A program made the translations under genes and the position numbers. From an uncultured Acidobacteriota bacterium (GTDB taxonomy: Bacteria > Acidobacteriota > Terriglobia > Acidiferrales > UBA7541): a stretch of DNA of 64,000 nt. The notes under the pieces are model-generated. The model did not search any database. It saw only the letters and a list, made by a program, of their open reading frames with translations, and was not told the origin of the DNA. This document shows, piece by piece, positions 16,016 through 24,432 of the stretch (the stretch's first letter is position 1; each line of letters begins with the position of its first letter). Location of the stretch: assembly GCA_963736465.1 (NCBI GenBank), contig CAVTOS010000001.1, positions 84,472 to 148,471 on the forward strand, written 5' to 3'.

Positions 16016-17694
16016 TGGCTGACTTTTTCGGTGACGCAAGTCCGGACCAACTCGCGAGCTCCGGCACTGCGCTCGATCTTCTCAGGCAGAAATTCCCCGG
16101 AATGTTCGGGGCAGCGGGCGCACCAGCTCCGCCAGTGCCAGCGATGTTCAATTCAGCCGCGCCAACTCCGAACACAGCGGCACCAGTAGACCCAAGCTCG
16201 ATTCCCGCACCAGATGTGGGGGAGCCTCCGTCGAGCGCAATGGCTAACTTGCCGTGGATGCGAAGTACTCAGCCACAGCTACAGCGACCGCCGATCTCGA
16301 CGCAAACGGGACAGTGGGCGCCGGGAACGAACAAGGCGCAGAAATTAGAAGTGCTCTTGCGGAACGGTTTGCAAGGCGCGATAGCAGGATATGGCGCGTC
16401 CGCTCAAGCCGTAGTGCAAAGCGGGGGGCGACGCAGCGGCGGGGCAGGACTCGGCCTGGCGGCGGGATACGAAGCTCCGATACAGCAGGCCGCACAGCAA
16501 CAAGCCTTTCAGCGCGGCGGCCTCGAGAATCAGCTTCTGAGCACCCAGGTTCAATATGCTCCGCAGATTCAGACGCTGGGCGCATTGGAAAAGGTTTCGA
16601 CCATCAACAAGAATCAGTCAGATGCAGTTCTGAATGCGCCGAAGGCCGACGCCGAGCGATACAAGCCCGTTGGTGACGTGATTTATGACATGAAGGCGCA
16701 AGGCGGACCTGCTCCGATTCAAGGCGGGGCGGCAGGGCAATTTGTTCCGGCGACCGCGGCGATGGCGGCACTCGCAGGCATTCCCGTAGGCTCGATGATT
16801 CGCACCGATTCAGCGAACAAGCTCCAGACTCTTGCGAACAACGCCCCACCGTCGAACGCGGACCAGATCAATGCGCTGCACAGAGCCATTTTCCAAACCG
16901 TGTTTCCGGGCCAAGACTTACCGGACGCTCTGACGTTCAAGCCGGGCATGACGATGGAGGATTACAAGCGCATAGATTCCGGGTTAAACAAATTGCAAAC
17001 GGCGCAAGGAACGCAAGCGCAGCGCGACACGGCTAACGCCATGCGCCAGCAAACATTCCAGCTCGCGCAGAACGCGCAAGCCGACCGCGAGGAAAAGCAA
17101 GGCTTACAGTGGGCCATCTGGCAGGAACCTAGCGGCAGAACGGTTGCGGGGCCGTTGTCACTCGCGAAACAGAGCGGCGCACAGAATCCCGCGTCACTCG
17201 ACACGCGGGACGTGCAAGGCGTGATGGACTCTCGGCAGGCAGTCAATCTGATAAACAAGCAAGGCAAGGACGCCGCGAGCATGGGTGTCCTGCAACTCAT
17301 CAATGGCTTGGACAAGGATGGCAAGCTCGGCATTGCGACATCGCGCCTGAATAGTTTCCTTGCGGGTAAGGTGGGCGCCGAGCCTGGCGATGATCCGCGC
17401 ATCATGTCTCTGCTCGATAAGAGTCAGCTCCTGATGACGCTTTCCATGAAGGCCCACTTCGGGGCGAGCGGCGGACGCAGCCCGCAGATGCTTGAACACT
17501 TTCTGAGCATGGCCAACGCAAAAACGATGAACGCGAACACGCTTCGCGCAGGCGTGCAAGCGGTAGGGGATTACATGGGCGACCGCGCCATGCTTCCGAG
17601 CGTGAAGATGCAGGCTCCGAACGGGCAGGTTAGCGACATACCGGGAGATCAGGTTGAGCATTACAAAACGATGGGGGCAAAGGTACTGCCATAA
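16015..17694 (+). CDS. Large hypothetical protein (A/Q/P/G-rich)
   Basis: ORF 16003..17694. ATG 16015 overlaps the previous stop by 1 nt. I recognise no family. Confidence 0.55.
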   Translation: MADFFGDASPDQLASSGTALDLLRQKFPGMFGAAGAPAPPVPAMFNSAAPTPNTAAPVDPSSIPAPDVGEPPSSAMANLPWMRSTQPQLQRPPISTQTGQWAPGTNKAQKLEVLLRNGLQGAIAGYGASAQAVVQSGGRRSGGAGLGLAAGYEAPIQQAAQQQAFQRGGLENQLLSTQVQYAPQIQTLGALEKVSTINKNQSDAVLNAPKADAERYKPVGDVIYDMKAQGGPAPIQGGAAGQFVPATAAMAALAGIPVGSMIRTDSANKLQTLANNAPPSNADQINALHRAIFQTVFPGQDLPDALTFKPGMTMEDYKRIDSGLNKLQTAQGTQAQRDTANAMRQQTFQLAQNAQADREEKQGLQWAIWQEPSGRTVAGPLSLAKQSGAQNPASLDTRDVQGVMDSRQAVNLINKQGKDAASMGVLQLINGLDKDGKLGIATSRLNSFLAGKVGAEPGDDPRIMSLLDKSQLLMTLSMKAHFGASGGRSPQMLEHFLSMANAKTMNANTLRAGVQAVGDYMGDRAMLPSVKMQAPNGQVSDIPGDQVEHYKTMGAKVLP

Positions 17695-19169
17695 TGCCTC
17701 AACAGGCCACAGCCACAGCCGATTGGTTCACTCAGAACGCCCCGGCGAAGCGACCGCTAGTAGCGCCAGCACAGCAGGCACAGCAGCAACCGCCAGCGCA
17801 GCCGCAGGCTCAAGCGCCAAGCGGGGGAGATTGGTTCTCCGCTAATTCTCCAAGCGCCGTCAATGTTCCCGTGCAGCCGCAGCAAGATTCCTTCTGGCGG
17901 CAGGTCTATGACAGCAGTTCGATCGGGGCGCTGCAAAAGCTAACCGGACAACTCTCCGATTGGGCGAAACAAAAAGCGACTGCGGCGCAGACGGAGAGTG
18001 AGGCGAATGTCGCAACTGGCCGCGCGCAGCCGTCATCGTTCGCGTCCGAAGTATTTTCTCCGCGCGGAGGCTATGACCTGCTTTCGCATGCGGCGGGACT
18101 TGTCAGCGGATTCTTGGAGCCGAAGAACGTCGCAATCACGGCGGGAGTTGCCGCAGCGAACACCAATCCGTTTACTGGTATTCCCGTGGATGCCGCGCTT
18201 GTCGCACATGGCGGCTATGGGATGGCGAAGAATGCTCCAGCAGCTCTCAAGGGCGACCCGGACGCGGTGCAAAATTTCTTTCTTAGCGGAGCGGAAGCGG
18301 CAGGCGGCGCGGCGGGAACGGTGGGACAAGTGAGAGGCTTACGCGCTACAACTCCGAGGGCAGCAGCGAGCCCGGAAGCAGCGACGCCAGCAACACCAGA
18401 GCAAGCGGCTGCGACCGGCGCGGCTCCGTCGCAAGCGCTCGCTCCAGCGGCTGAAGCTCCGGCTCAGACGGCAGGGATGCCGTCGCAGATTGCCCGGACT
18501 CTGGGCATCACAGATCCGCCAGCGAATCAGCTTTTGACGAAAGCGATCAAGCCTATGGCGTCAAATACCGGATGGGATAGCGCGATTCGAAAAGCGGCGC
18601 CGGACATGAAAGCGGTTGAAGCCGATCTCGGGCATCCAATCTCGGGTGTAGATGATGCTCTTGAAGCCGTGAGCCTCGCGAAAAAAGGGATATGGAGTCA
18701 GTACGCGGCAAAGCTCCAGGCAGCGAAAGAGGCTTTTCCGAATGCTCCCAGCATGAGCACGATCGACGGAAACGAGATTGCGGACGCGATGACGAACAGC
18801 ATAGACAAGCGGACGCAGCTACAAAGACCCGATCTAGTGGAGCGCATTCAGAAAGTGGCCGACACGTACCGCCGTCCGATGGGATTGGACGAGGCGGAAG
18901 ATTTTCTGCAATCGACTAACAACGACTTGCACAACTACTACGCCAAAAACAAAGTTGGGCGGCAGGTTGCTCAAGGCGACCCGGAAATGGGGAGCACGGT
19001 TGCGGAAGGCGACCAGCTCAGGGATTCGCTCTATTCCACACTCGACAATTTGACCGGGCCAGGTGCGGCAGATTTGAAAGCCCGATACGGCGCGCTCTCA
19101 AATGTTGAAAACGAATTGCTCCGACGCAAGAACGTCTCCGCGCGGCAGCTGAGGGAACGCAGAGTCTAG
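17694..19169 (+). CDS. Large hypothetical protein with a repeated DWF(T/S)xN(A/S)P motif
   Basis: TAATG overlap with the upstream gene. The N-terminus has ADWFTQNAP and GDWFSANSP around a Q/P/A-rich linker. Confidence 0.55.
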   Translation: MPQQATATADWFTQNAPAKRPLVAPAQQAQQQPPAQPQAQAPSGGDWFSANSPSAVNVPVQPQQDSFWRQVYDSSSIGALQKLTGQLSDWAKQKATAAQTESEANVATGRAQPSSFASEVFSPRGGYDLLSHAAGLVSGFLEPKNVAITAGVAAANTNPFTGIPVDAALVAHGGYGMAKNAPAALKGDPDAVQNFFLSGAEAAGGAAGTVGQVRGLRATTPRAAASPEAATPATPEQAAATGAAPSQALAPAAEAPAQTAGMPSQIARTLGITDPPANQLLTKAIKPMASNTGWDSAIRKAAPDMKAVEADLGHPISGVDDALEAVSLAKKGIWSQYAAKLQAAKEAFPNAPSMSTIDGNEIADAMTNSIDKRTQLQRPDLVERIQKVADTYRRPMGLDEAEDFLQSTNNDLHNYYAKNKVGRQVAQGDPEMGSTVAEGDQLRDSLYSTLDNLTGPGAADLKARYGALSNVENELLRRKNVSARQLRERRV

Positions 19170-19183
19170 CGGCGGCAAAGTGG

Positions 19184-19522
19184 TTGAAAACTCGCGGGAC
19201 AACAGACGCCATGATCTCGCGCGCATTCCAAGCGCTCGGGTCACAAGGTGCGCCAGCAGCGGCGCCCGAAGGACCGGCGCCCACAATTCCAGCGGCAACC
19301 GGGGCAGGGGCGGGATTCGCGACCCCAGGCGAGACGCAAGAAAAAAATCCCGGACCTAGTTCGTCGCTCCTGAATTATGACCCTGTGCAAGGCAGGCAGG
19401 CTTTCCGCGATCCCGTCGTGCAAGACGCGCTCAACAAGCTCAATCCCGGCGTTGCCGATGCCGTGATAAGGAAGTACGGGGTTGCGGACACGCGGAAATA
19501 TTTCAAGGGCCGCAATGCGTAG
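19184..19522 (+). CDS. Hypothetical protein
   Basis: ORF with a TTG start. ATG 19211 is an alternative start. Confidence 0.4.
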   Translation: MKTRGTTDAMISRAFQALGSQGAPAAAPEGPAPTIPAATGAGAGFATPGETQEKNPGPSSSLLNYDPVQGRQAFRDPVVQDALNKLNPGVADAVIRKYGVADTRKYFKGRNA

Positions 19523-19539
19523 AGGCAATTCTGCTTTTT

Positions 19540-20058
19540 ATGGCGACAGCGGAACGGTGTTCAGTGGACCCGCGAGGGACGATCTCAAGACTGGTAACAA
19601 TGTGGATTTTTCGCAACGGCACGCTGGCAGCGACATGGCCGGCCAGGACGACGCCGAACAAGTTGTTAAGGGGGCGCGGCGGTCTAGCCCGCGGTCAGTT
19701 CAAGACGATCCGGTCAAGAGCAAGCGGCTGGACGACGAAATTCGCGCGCGCGATGGCCGGGTACGACACGACCCCGCTCGAAGATGCGCCGACTTAAGCA
19801 AGAGACATCCCGAGGACGACGTACGCGGGGCAAGCGGAGAATACGATTAAGACTCTGCGGCAGGTCACGCCGAACTTTTGGCGATTGCATGACCCGGAAG
19901 AGCTAGCGAAGCTGAAGCAAGAATTGATCGCGAGCGCGATGAATGAGGACGGCCAGAAGCGGCCGCAGCCGCAACCGTGGTTAAAGTCACAGCGCCAGCG
20001 AGACGATGAGTTTTGGAACTCCGAGGAACCTAAACGAGTAATGCCCCGGAAGCTCTGA
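19540..20058 (+). pseudogene. Possible gene interrupted by an in-frame TAA (or two short genes)
   Basis: By eye, frame 1 has the highest third-position GC from 19540 to 20058. It contains TAA at 19795-19797. The overlapping frame-0 ORF 19515..19850 is the alternative reading. Confidence 0.3.
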
Positions 20059-20076
20059 AAAAGGGAGAAACACGCA

Positions 20077-20505
20077 ATGAACAAATCAACGAATGCAGGA
20101 AGGCACGCAACGGGCGGCAAGCTCGCCCGGCCCGGCAGTATTCGCAGCGGGCAGTCCGTGAGCGCAAGGCCGATCACGGCAAGCAGGAATCCACAGCGGC
20201 CCGTTGCACCGGTTCGCTCAGATGCAGAGACGTCGAGTAACCTCGAGAGAATTATTTCCAGGCCGGAAAATCAACTGTCCAATCCCTATGGCGTCGTAAG
20301 GGTTCCGGCGCCGGCGAATCAAACGAACCAGAGGACACAGGTGGCGGGGCTGCCGGCAAAGGGAATCTACGGAAGTGGACACGGCGGGTATAACGTCACG
20401 AATGTTGGCTGCGGGAACACGCAAACCACAAAAGAGGCGCTTGCGGCAACCGGCGACACTCTGCCGGGAGGCTACAACTCAATCAACACGAAGCAGCGGA
20501 GCTAA
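20077..20505 (+). CDS. Hypothetical protein
   Basis: GGGAGA RBS. 142 aa. I recognise no family. Confidence 0.5.
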   Translation: MNKSTNAGRHATGGKLARPGSIRSGQSVSARPITASRNPQRPVAPVRSDAETSSNLERIISRPENQLSNPYGVVRVPAPANQTNQRTQVAGLPAKGIYGSGHGGYNVTNVGCGNTQTTKEALAATGDTLPGGYNSINTKQRS

Positions 20506-20519
20506 TCGCCAACTCCGCG

Positions 20520-20786
20520 ATGGACCGCACGCCAGGCGAACTGGCGGCGCTTTTGGAGCCATGGCTTAGAGATGGCTCGGGATGGGACAGGTTCAGTTAT
20601 GAAGGCTGGCCTTCATTCCGTAAACTGTCAGCCGCACACTACCTTCTGCGGGCGGCCGAGAGCCTCGCAGACGAAGCGGATCTGGATTGCAGGCTGTCCT
20701 TGATCGCTCTCGCTAGAAAACTATGCGCCGAAGTACACGACGGCTGGCGTTTGCCCAACAGACCCACAAGCGGCTGGACTAATTAA
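20520..20786 (+). CDS. Hypothetical protein
   Basis: ORF in the co-directional block. Its stop is 2 nt before the next start. Confidence 0.45.
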   Translation: MDRTPGELAALLEPWLRDGSGWDRFSYEGWPSFRKLSAAHYLLRAAESLADEADLDCRLSLIALARKLCAEVHDGWRLPNRPTSGWTN

Positions 20787-20788
20787 AC

Positions 20789-21160
20789 ATGGCGATTAAG
20801 AAAAAGCCCGGTGGCGTCACCGGCAAAGGCTTTCAGCCGGGAGTCTCGGGAAACCCGAAAGGCAGAGCCCGGAGCAGAGAGCTCACGATGCAAGTGAAGG
20901 AAGCCCTCGCGGAAGAAAATCCGATGCTGAAAAAAACTCTCAACGAGCGGCTCATCGAGCAATGCAGCCGCAGGGCGCTCCAGGGAAGCGTGAAGCATCT
21001 TGAATTGCTCTGGGCTTACGGATTCGGCCGGCCGAAACAATCGCTGGACCTGACGGCGCAAGTCCTGACTCCTGAGCAGTACGTTGAACACATTGAGGAA
21101 GCGCTGGCCGTGTTGCCAGTCGAGGACGATGAGCAACCTAGCGCTCTCAGAGTTAACTAA
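20789..21160 (+). CDS. DUF5681-like protein, candidate small terminase subunit
   Basis: The N-terminal GKGFQPGVSGNPKGRARS matches the F-x-PG-x-SGNP-x-GR motif of DUF5681. It sits immediately upstream of the TerL fragment. Confidence 0.5.
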   Translation: MAIKKKPGGVTGKGFQPGVSGNPKGRARSRELTMQVKEALAEENPMLKKTLNERLIEQCSRRALQGSVKHLELLWAYGFGRPKQSLDLTAQVLTPEQYVEHIEEALAVLPVEDDEQPSALRVN

Positions 21161-21864
21161 GCGCGTCCGCAAAATAGGGCGCGACGGCCTTCGAAAACTT
21201 GACCCCGACAAGCTCGCCCGCATTGACGAGGTTCTGACTCGCGCCAAGGATGATGCGATCGATGGGATCTGCAGGCAGGAAAAAGCCTCTTTCGATTGTG
21301 GGCCGCTCTATTGGCTGACGCGGCTTACCAAAACAGAAAATCCGCAGCATGAAGAGCAAGGCCTTACCATTCCTCGCAGGATTTCCCCGCAAAGGCTACT
21401 TTGTCCCGCTGTTCGAGGCATTCCTAGCGCGGTTCCCGCAGCTCTATGTCCCGAAATCAAGAACGATGATGACGAGCTGGGCGGCAGCGGGCTTCGCAAC
21501 GTGGGCGGCACAATGGAAGCGAGAAGAAACGGTGATCCAGACCATGAACGAGGACAAGGCGCTCCATCTGATCGATTACGCCAGCCAACTGCTCAGATAC
21601 CAAGACCCGGGACTTTCGCGCCTGCACCCGATTGAGAAGCAAAACGCTTTCTCGATCGTCTGGAAGAACGGGGGAGCCGTCGATGCGGTTCCAGGCGGAG
21701 CAAATGCGATTCGCAGCTTTCACCCTTCGCTCTTCATTCAAGACGAAGCAGCTCACATCCCAGAAGGCGAGGAAAGCCTGAACGCTGTCATACCGTCTCA
21801 AGCACGCATCATTTCGATCTCAACCGCTGCTCCTGGTTGGTTTGGCGATGCTTGTGGACTGTGA
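21129..21864 (+). pseudogene. Large terminase subunit, ATPase domain only, frameshifted and 3'-truncated
   Basis: Frame 0 gives ...GPLYWLTRLTKTENPQH. Around 21350 the sense continues in frame +1 (PFLAGFPRKGYFVPLFEAF...VPKSRTMMTSW...LFIQDEAAHIP). It stops at 21864 without a nuclease domain. Confidence 0.5.
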
Positions 21865-22022
21865 GCGCTTCCCGCGCCGCGTCCTGCAGGTCGCGAGCTG
21901 GCGCGCGCGTATGACGATGTTCTCGCGCAACACGCGTTGCCAGTCGCAGATGCCGCGCAGGATGGCCCTAGAAATCAAATAGAATCAAAGTCAGCCATCG
22001 AAGCGATGGGATGCGGTAGAAT

Positions 22023-22044
22023 CCTCACAAGTGAGGTTATTTTA
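22023..22044 (+). terminator. Small hairpin with a T-rich tail between convergent genes
   Basis: CCTCAC-AA-GTGAGG followed by TTATTTTA. The loop is very tight, so support is weak. Confidence 0.3.
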
Positions 22045-22314
22045 TGATTGTTTCGGAACAGCAGGTGGCGCAACGAAACCAACCGAAGACGCAGCCGACG
22101 CTCCAAGAAGTTTTTTCATACCTTCTTCCGTCAGCGCTTGGAAATTGGCCATTACCATCGCAAGCGCAGCTTGATCAGATGCGGTCTTTTCGGCCGGAGC
22201 TAATGCAAAATATCCCTTTCCAAACATCTCCCGACCAACCTGCATCGCAACCGAAGCGTAAATCGAAGCGACGGTCAACCGCAGCAAAGTAGTATCGAAG
22301 TTTTCATCCGGCAT
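22042..22314 (-). CDS. Hypothetical small protein (element right-end cargo)
   Basis: 90-aa ORF on the strand opposite to the rest of the element. Confidence 0.4.
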   Translation of the reverse strand: MPDENFDTTLLRLTVASIYASVAMQVGREMFGKGYFALAPAEKTASDQAALAMVMANFQALTEEGMKKLLGASAASSVGFVAPPAVPKQS

Positions 22315-22357
22315 TTGTTCCCCCCTGGGGCGGCCATTATAGACCCTGTAGCATGGC

Positions 22358-22972
22358 TTACTTCTTCTGTACTATGGCGCGCTGCCGGGGCGGCTCGTCT
22401 TTGGGTTTCTTCGACGGCACTTTGAACCATGCTATTACGGCGCCCACAATGCCGAGAACACTGCCCAGTGCCGTACAAAAGAAAAACTGACGCCGCGTCA
22501 AACCATCAAGTCTGCGGACACTCAAATGCTGTTCGGAAGCAAAGGACCGAGCCTCTGCCAGACCACGAACTACCACAATGTATTCACCCTGCTCCTTCGG
22601 TAACAAGAACCAGCTTTCTGAATCCCGGACTTGGCGTTCCTTGGTTCCCTGCACCTCGACCTCGGCCGGAGTCTCGATGCTAAACCTCAAGAGTTTGGCG
22701 GCCCCAGCCTTGTGGCGAACATTAATCGTCAGCCGAACCGTCTCAAGTTCGTATGCAGTGGGTGGGCAATTGACGCTGATTTCTGGTACATAGGCTGCGA
22801 TTCCGGGTAGATTATTAGAGAACCGGCTTGGAAATAGTACATTTCTCAAAAATTCTGCGGAACTAAAGTAAAAGAGGCTGCCAACGCTGAGTGCCAAGAG
22901 CACTAGAAAAGGAGATGCACGAACAGCTTTTTTGAAAACGGAAGAGTCCATCTTAGCCGCCTTTAGAGGCAC
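22358..22972 (-). CDS. Bitopic/two-TM membrane protein of unknown function (element right-end cargo)
   Basis: N-terminal TM (PFLVLLALSVGSLFYF) and C-terminal TM (FFFCTALGSVLGIVGAVIAWF), followed by a basic tail. Confidence 0.5.
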   Translation of the reverse strand: MPLKAAKMDSSVFKKAVRASPFLVLLALSVGSLFYFSSAEFLRNVLFPSRFSNNLPGIAAYVPEISVNCPPTAYELETVRLTINVRHKAGAAKLLRFSIETPAEVEVQGTKERQVRDSESWFLLPKEQGEYIVVVRGLAEARSFASEQHLSVRRLDGLTRRQFFFCTALGSVLGIVGAVIAWFKVPSKKPKDEPPRQRAIVQKK

Positions 22973-23071
22973 AACTTTGATACACCCACTCGCCCAAAGT
23001 CAGCAGGATTTTCTCGCAGCGCTCCATTCCCGGCGAAATCGCTTTTTTAGGTGGACCAAAATAGTGCACAA

Positions 23072-23092
23072 TTGTGTTCGAAATGTGTTCGA
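23072..23092. repeat. 21-bp repeat (tandem TGTGTTCGA half-sites), right arm
   Basis: Identical to 8468..8488, in the same orientation, 116 bp inside attR. Confidence 0.6.
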
Positions 23093-23208
23093 ATGAGCCG
23101 AAAACAGACCAAAATACCCGCACGGAACCACACGGAGCAAAACGCTATCACATTGAGAAAACAGGCGTTTACTGATTCTGCGGAGTTTGTGCTTTTCGAG
23201 GAAACCGA

Positions 23209-23246
23209 TTAAAAGGCCGCTGCTCTACCACTGAGCTACGCCCCTA
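23209..23246. repeat. attR direct repeat (orphan tRNA-Lys 5' half)
   Basis: Identical to 8376..8413. The sequence diverges exactly after the anticodon loop, so no 3' half is present. Confidence 0.85.
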
Positions 23247-23650
23247 GCTGGCTGATAACACTGGTATTTTTCTGAACCTGACTGCTGGGTTCAGGCGTTT
23301 GGGCAGTTGTGGGTCCAGTTGCCTGTTGCGGTGCGGCGACCGGCTTCGTCTCCGACAATGCCACGACGTCGCGAAGTCCCGAAGGCCCCAAGTGCGCATA
23401 CCGTTTCGTCATCATCAAGCTCTTGCGACCGAGAAACTCCGCGATCTCCTCAAGCTTGGCAGCTTCTTGCCTGAGACGGCTTGCAGCAGCATGCCGCAAA
23501 TCATGCCAGCGGAACGCTTCAAGCTTAGCATGCCCTTCAGCGACCGTTCAAACCAAGTCCTCGGGCCGCGAAGGGGCTCGCCAGTGCCTTGGCCTTGAGA
23601 ACCGCTACGATAGCAGGCAGAATATCCGGAAGAGGAAAAGCCGGTCAATT
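23236..23650 (-). pseudogene. Remnant of a second, different tyrosine integrase (C-terminal part, frameshifted)
   Basis: ORF 23236..23499 begins ...(FRW HDL)RHAAASRL and contains GRKSLMMTKRYAHL. The upstream sense AEGHAKLEAFRWHDLRH and PLPDILPAIVAVLKAK lie in other frames with stops. The N-terminal two thirds are absent. Confidence 0.7.
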
Positions 23651-23912
23651 GTATTGTGTTCAAGGCAGAGCGGCATACGCTGCAAAAGTTGAAGGTCAGA
23701 ACCGGAAATTCAGGGTTTTCGCAAACTCAGAATCGGAGCACCAGCGGCAGGATCAACATGGTTTCATCAAAGCCTGACGATCACATCCTTGCGCCGCAAC
23801 TCTTCACGTGGATGGTTTTTTTGACTCTGTGCGCCGGCTCAGCTGTCTGCGTGCAAGCCCAGGATGCGCGATCCAACAACGCAGAGGAATCTTGGACCGC
23901 GACCACGGCGGG

Positions 23913-24275
23913 TCAGTCCGCGGCTTCGTTTTTCGCCGTGATTCCGCGGCCGCGCTTCCGCTTCCAGAGGTAATCCTTACGCAGTTTCTGCTGGTGCTTC
24001 TTCACCTGCGCTTCAATTTCGGAGAACGCGATTTTCGCGCAGGCCAGCACATCGGCACCCGTTCCCGAAGCGTGCAGGGTGCCGGTCGGCAGCCGTAGAT
24101 TCATCGAACAGGTGTATTCAATTTTGCGCGGCGCCTTTTCAATCAGCCAGTGAAGCTCGACCAAATCAGGGTCGTATCGCTTTAACAGCCGGTTTAACTT
24201 TTCGATGTGATGCGCTGCTTCGCCATCGATTACCTTGCGATGTTCTGGTTCGATATTGCTGTAGAAAAGTTTCAT
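23913..24275 (-). CDS. hpf: Ribosome hibernation promoting factor (short HPF/RaiA type)
   Basis: MKLFYSN...EKLNRLLKRYDPDLVELHW...TCSMNLRLPTGTLHASG is typical of the sigma-54 modulation/S30EA family. GAGGG RBS before ATG 24275. Confidence 0.8.
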   Translation of the reverse strand: MKLFYSNIEPEHRKVIDGEAAHHIEKLNRLLKRYDPDLVELHWLIEKAPRKIEYTCSMNLRLPTGTLHASGTGADVLACAKIAFSEIEAQVKKHQQKLRKDYLWKRKRGRGITAKNEAAD

Positions 24276-24432
24276 TGGAGCACCCTCTTTCGAGTTGGCT
24301 CGCCAGGGGAAGGGGCATTCGCATGGAGGCAACTTCAGCATAGCGCCGCTCGTGGCGCGATTCAATACTGCGTGCACTTTATTGACACGCGTGCATTCGC
24401 GTCATAGTCTGCCATGCGCGCATCAGCATCCG

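Larger units (their letters stand above)
8376..23246. mobile_element. Integrated phage-like element (defective prophage or phage satellite), about 14.9 kb, at tRNA-Lys
   Basis: Bounded by identical 38-bp direct repeats. The integrase sits next to the left repeat. Content is xis-like HTH, primase finger, RecA-like ATPase, TerS-like gene and TerL fragment. Confidence 0.8.

Noticed and set aside
19794-20177. 127-aa minus-strand ORF inside the element's plus-strand operon.
   Set aside because: It is antisense to a coding-like plus frame and overlaps the well-supported start of 20077..20505. The product is Cys/Phe/Ser-rich and unlike neighbouring proteins.
21865-22041. Possible continuation of TerL after the TGA at 21862-21864. 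The same frame stays open to about 22046.
   Set aside because: The translated continuation (ALPAPRPAGRELARAYDDVLAQH...) shows nothing resembling a terminase nuclease domain and is far too short. I treat it as non-coding remnant.
23656-24098. ORFs 23656..23973 and 23808..24098 in the scar region between the integrase remnant and hpf.
   Set aside because: They overlap each other and the hpf 3' end antisense, and they have no RBS or recognisable domains. The region is better read as degraded remnant DNA plus the hpf terminator region.
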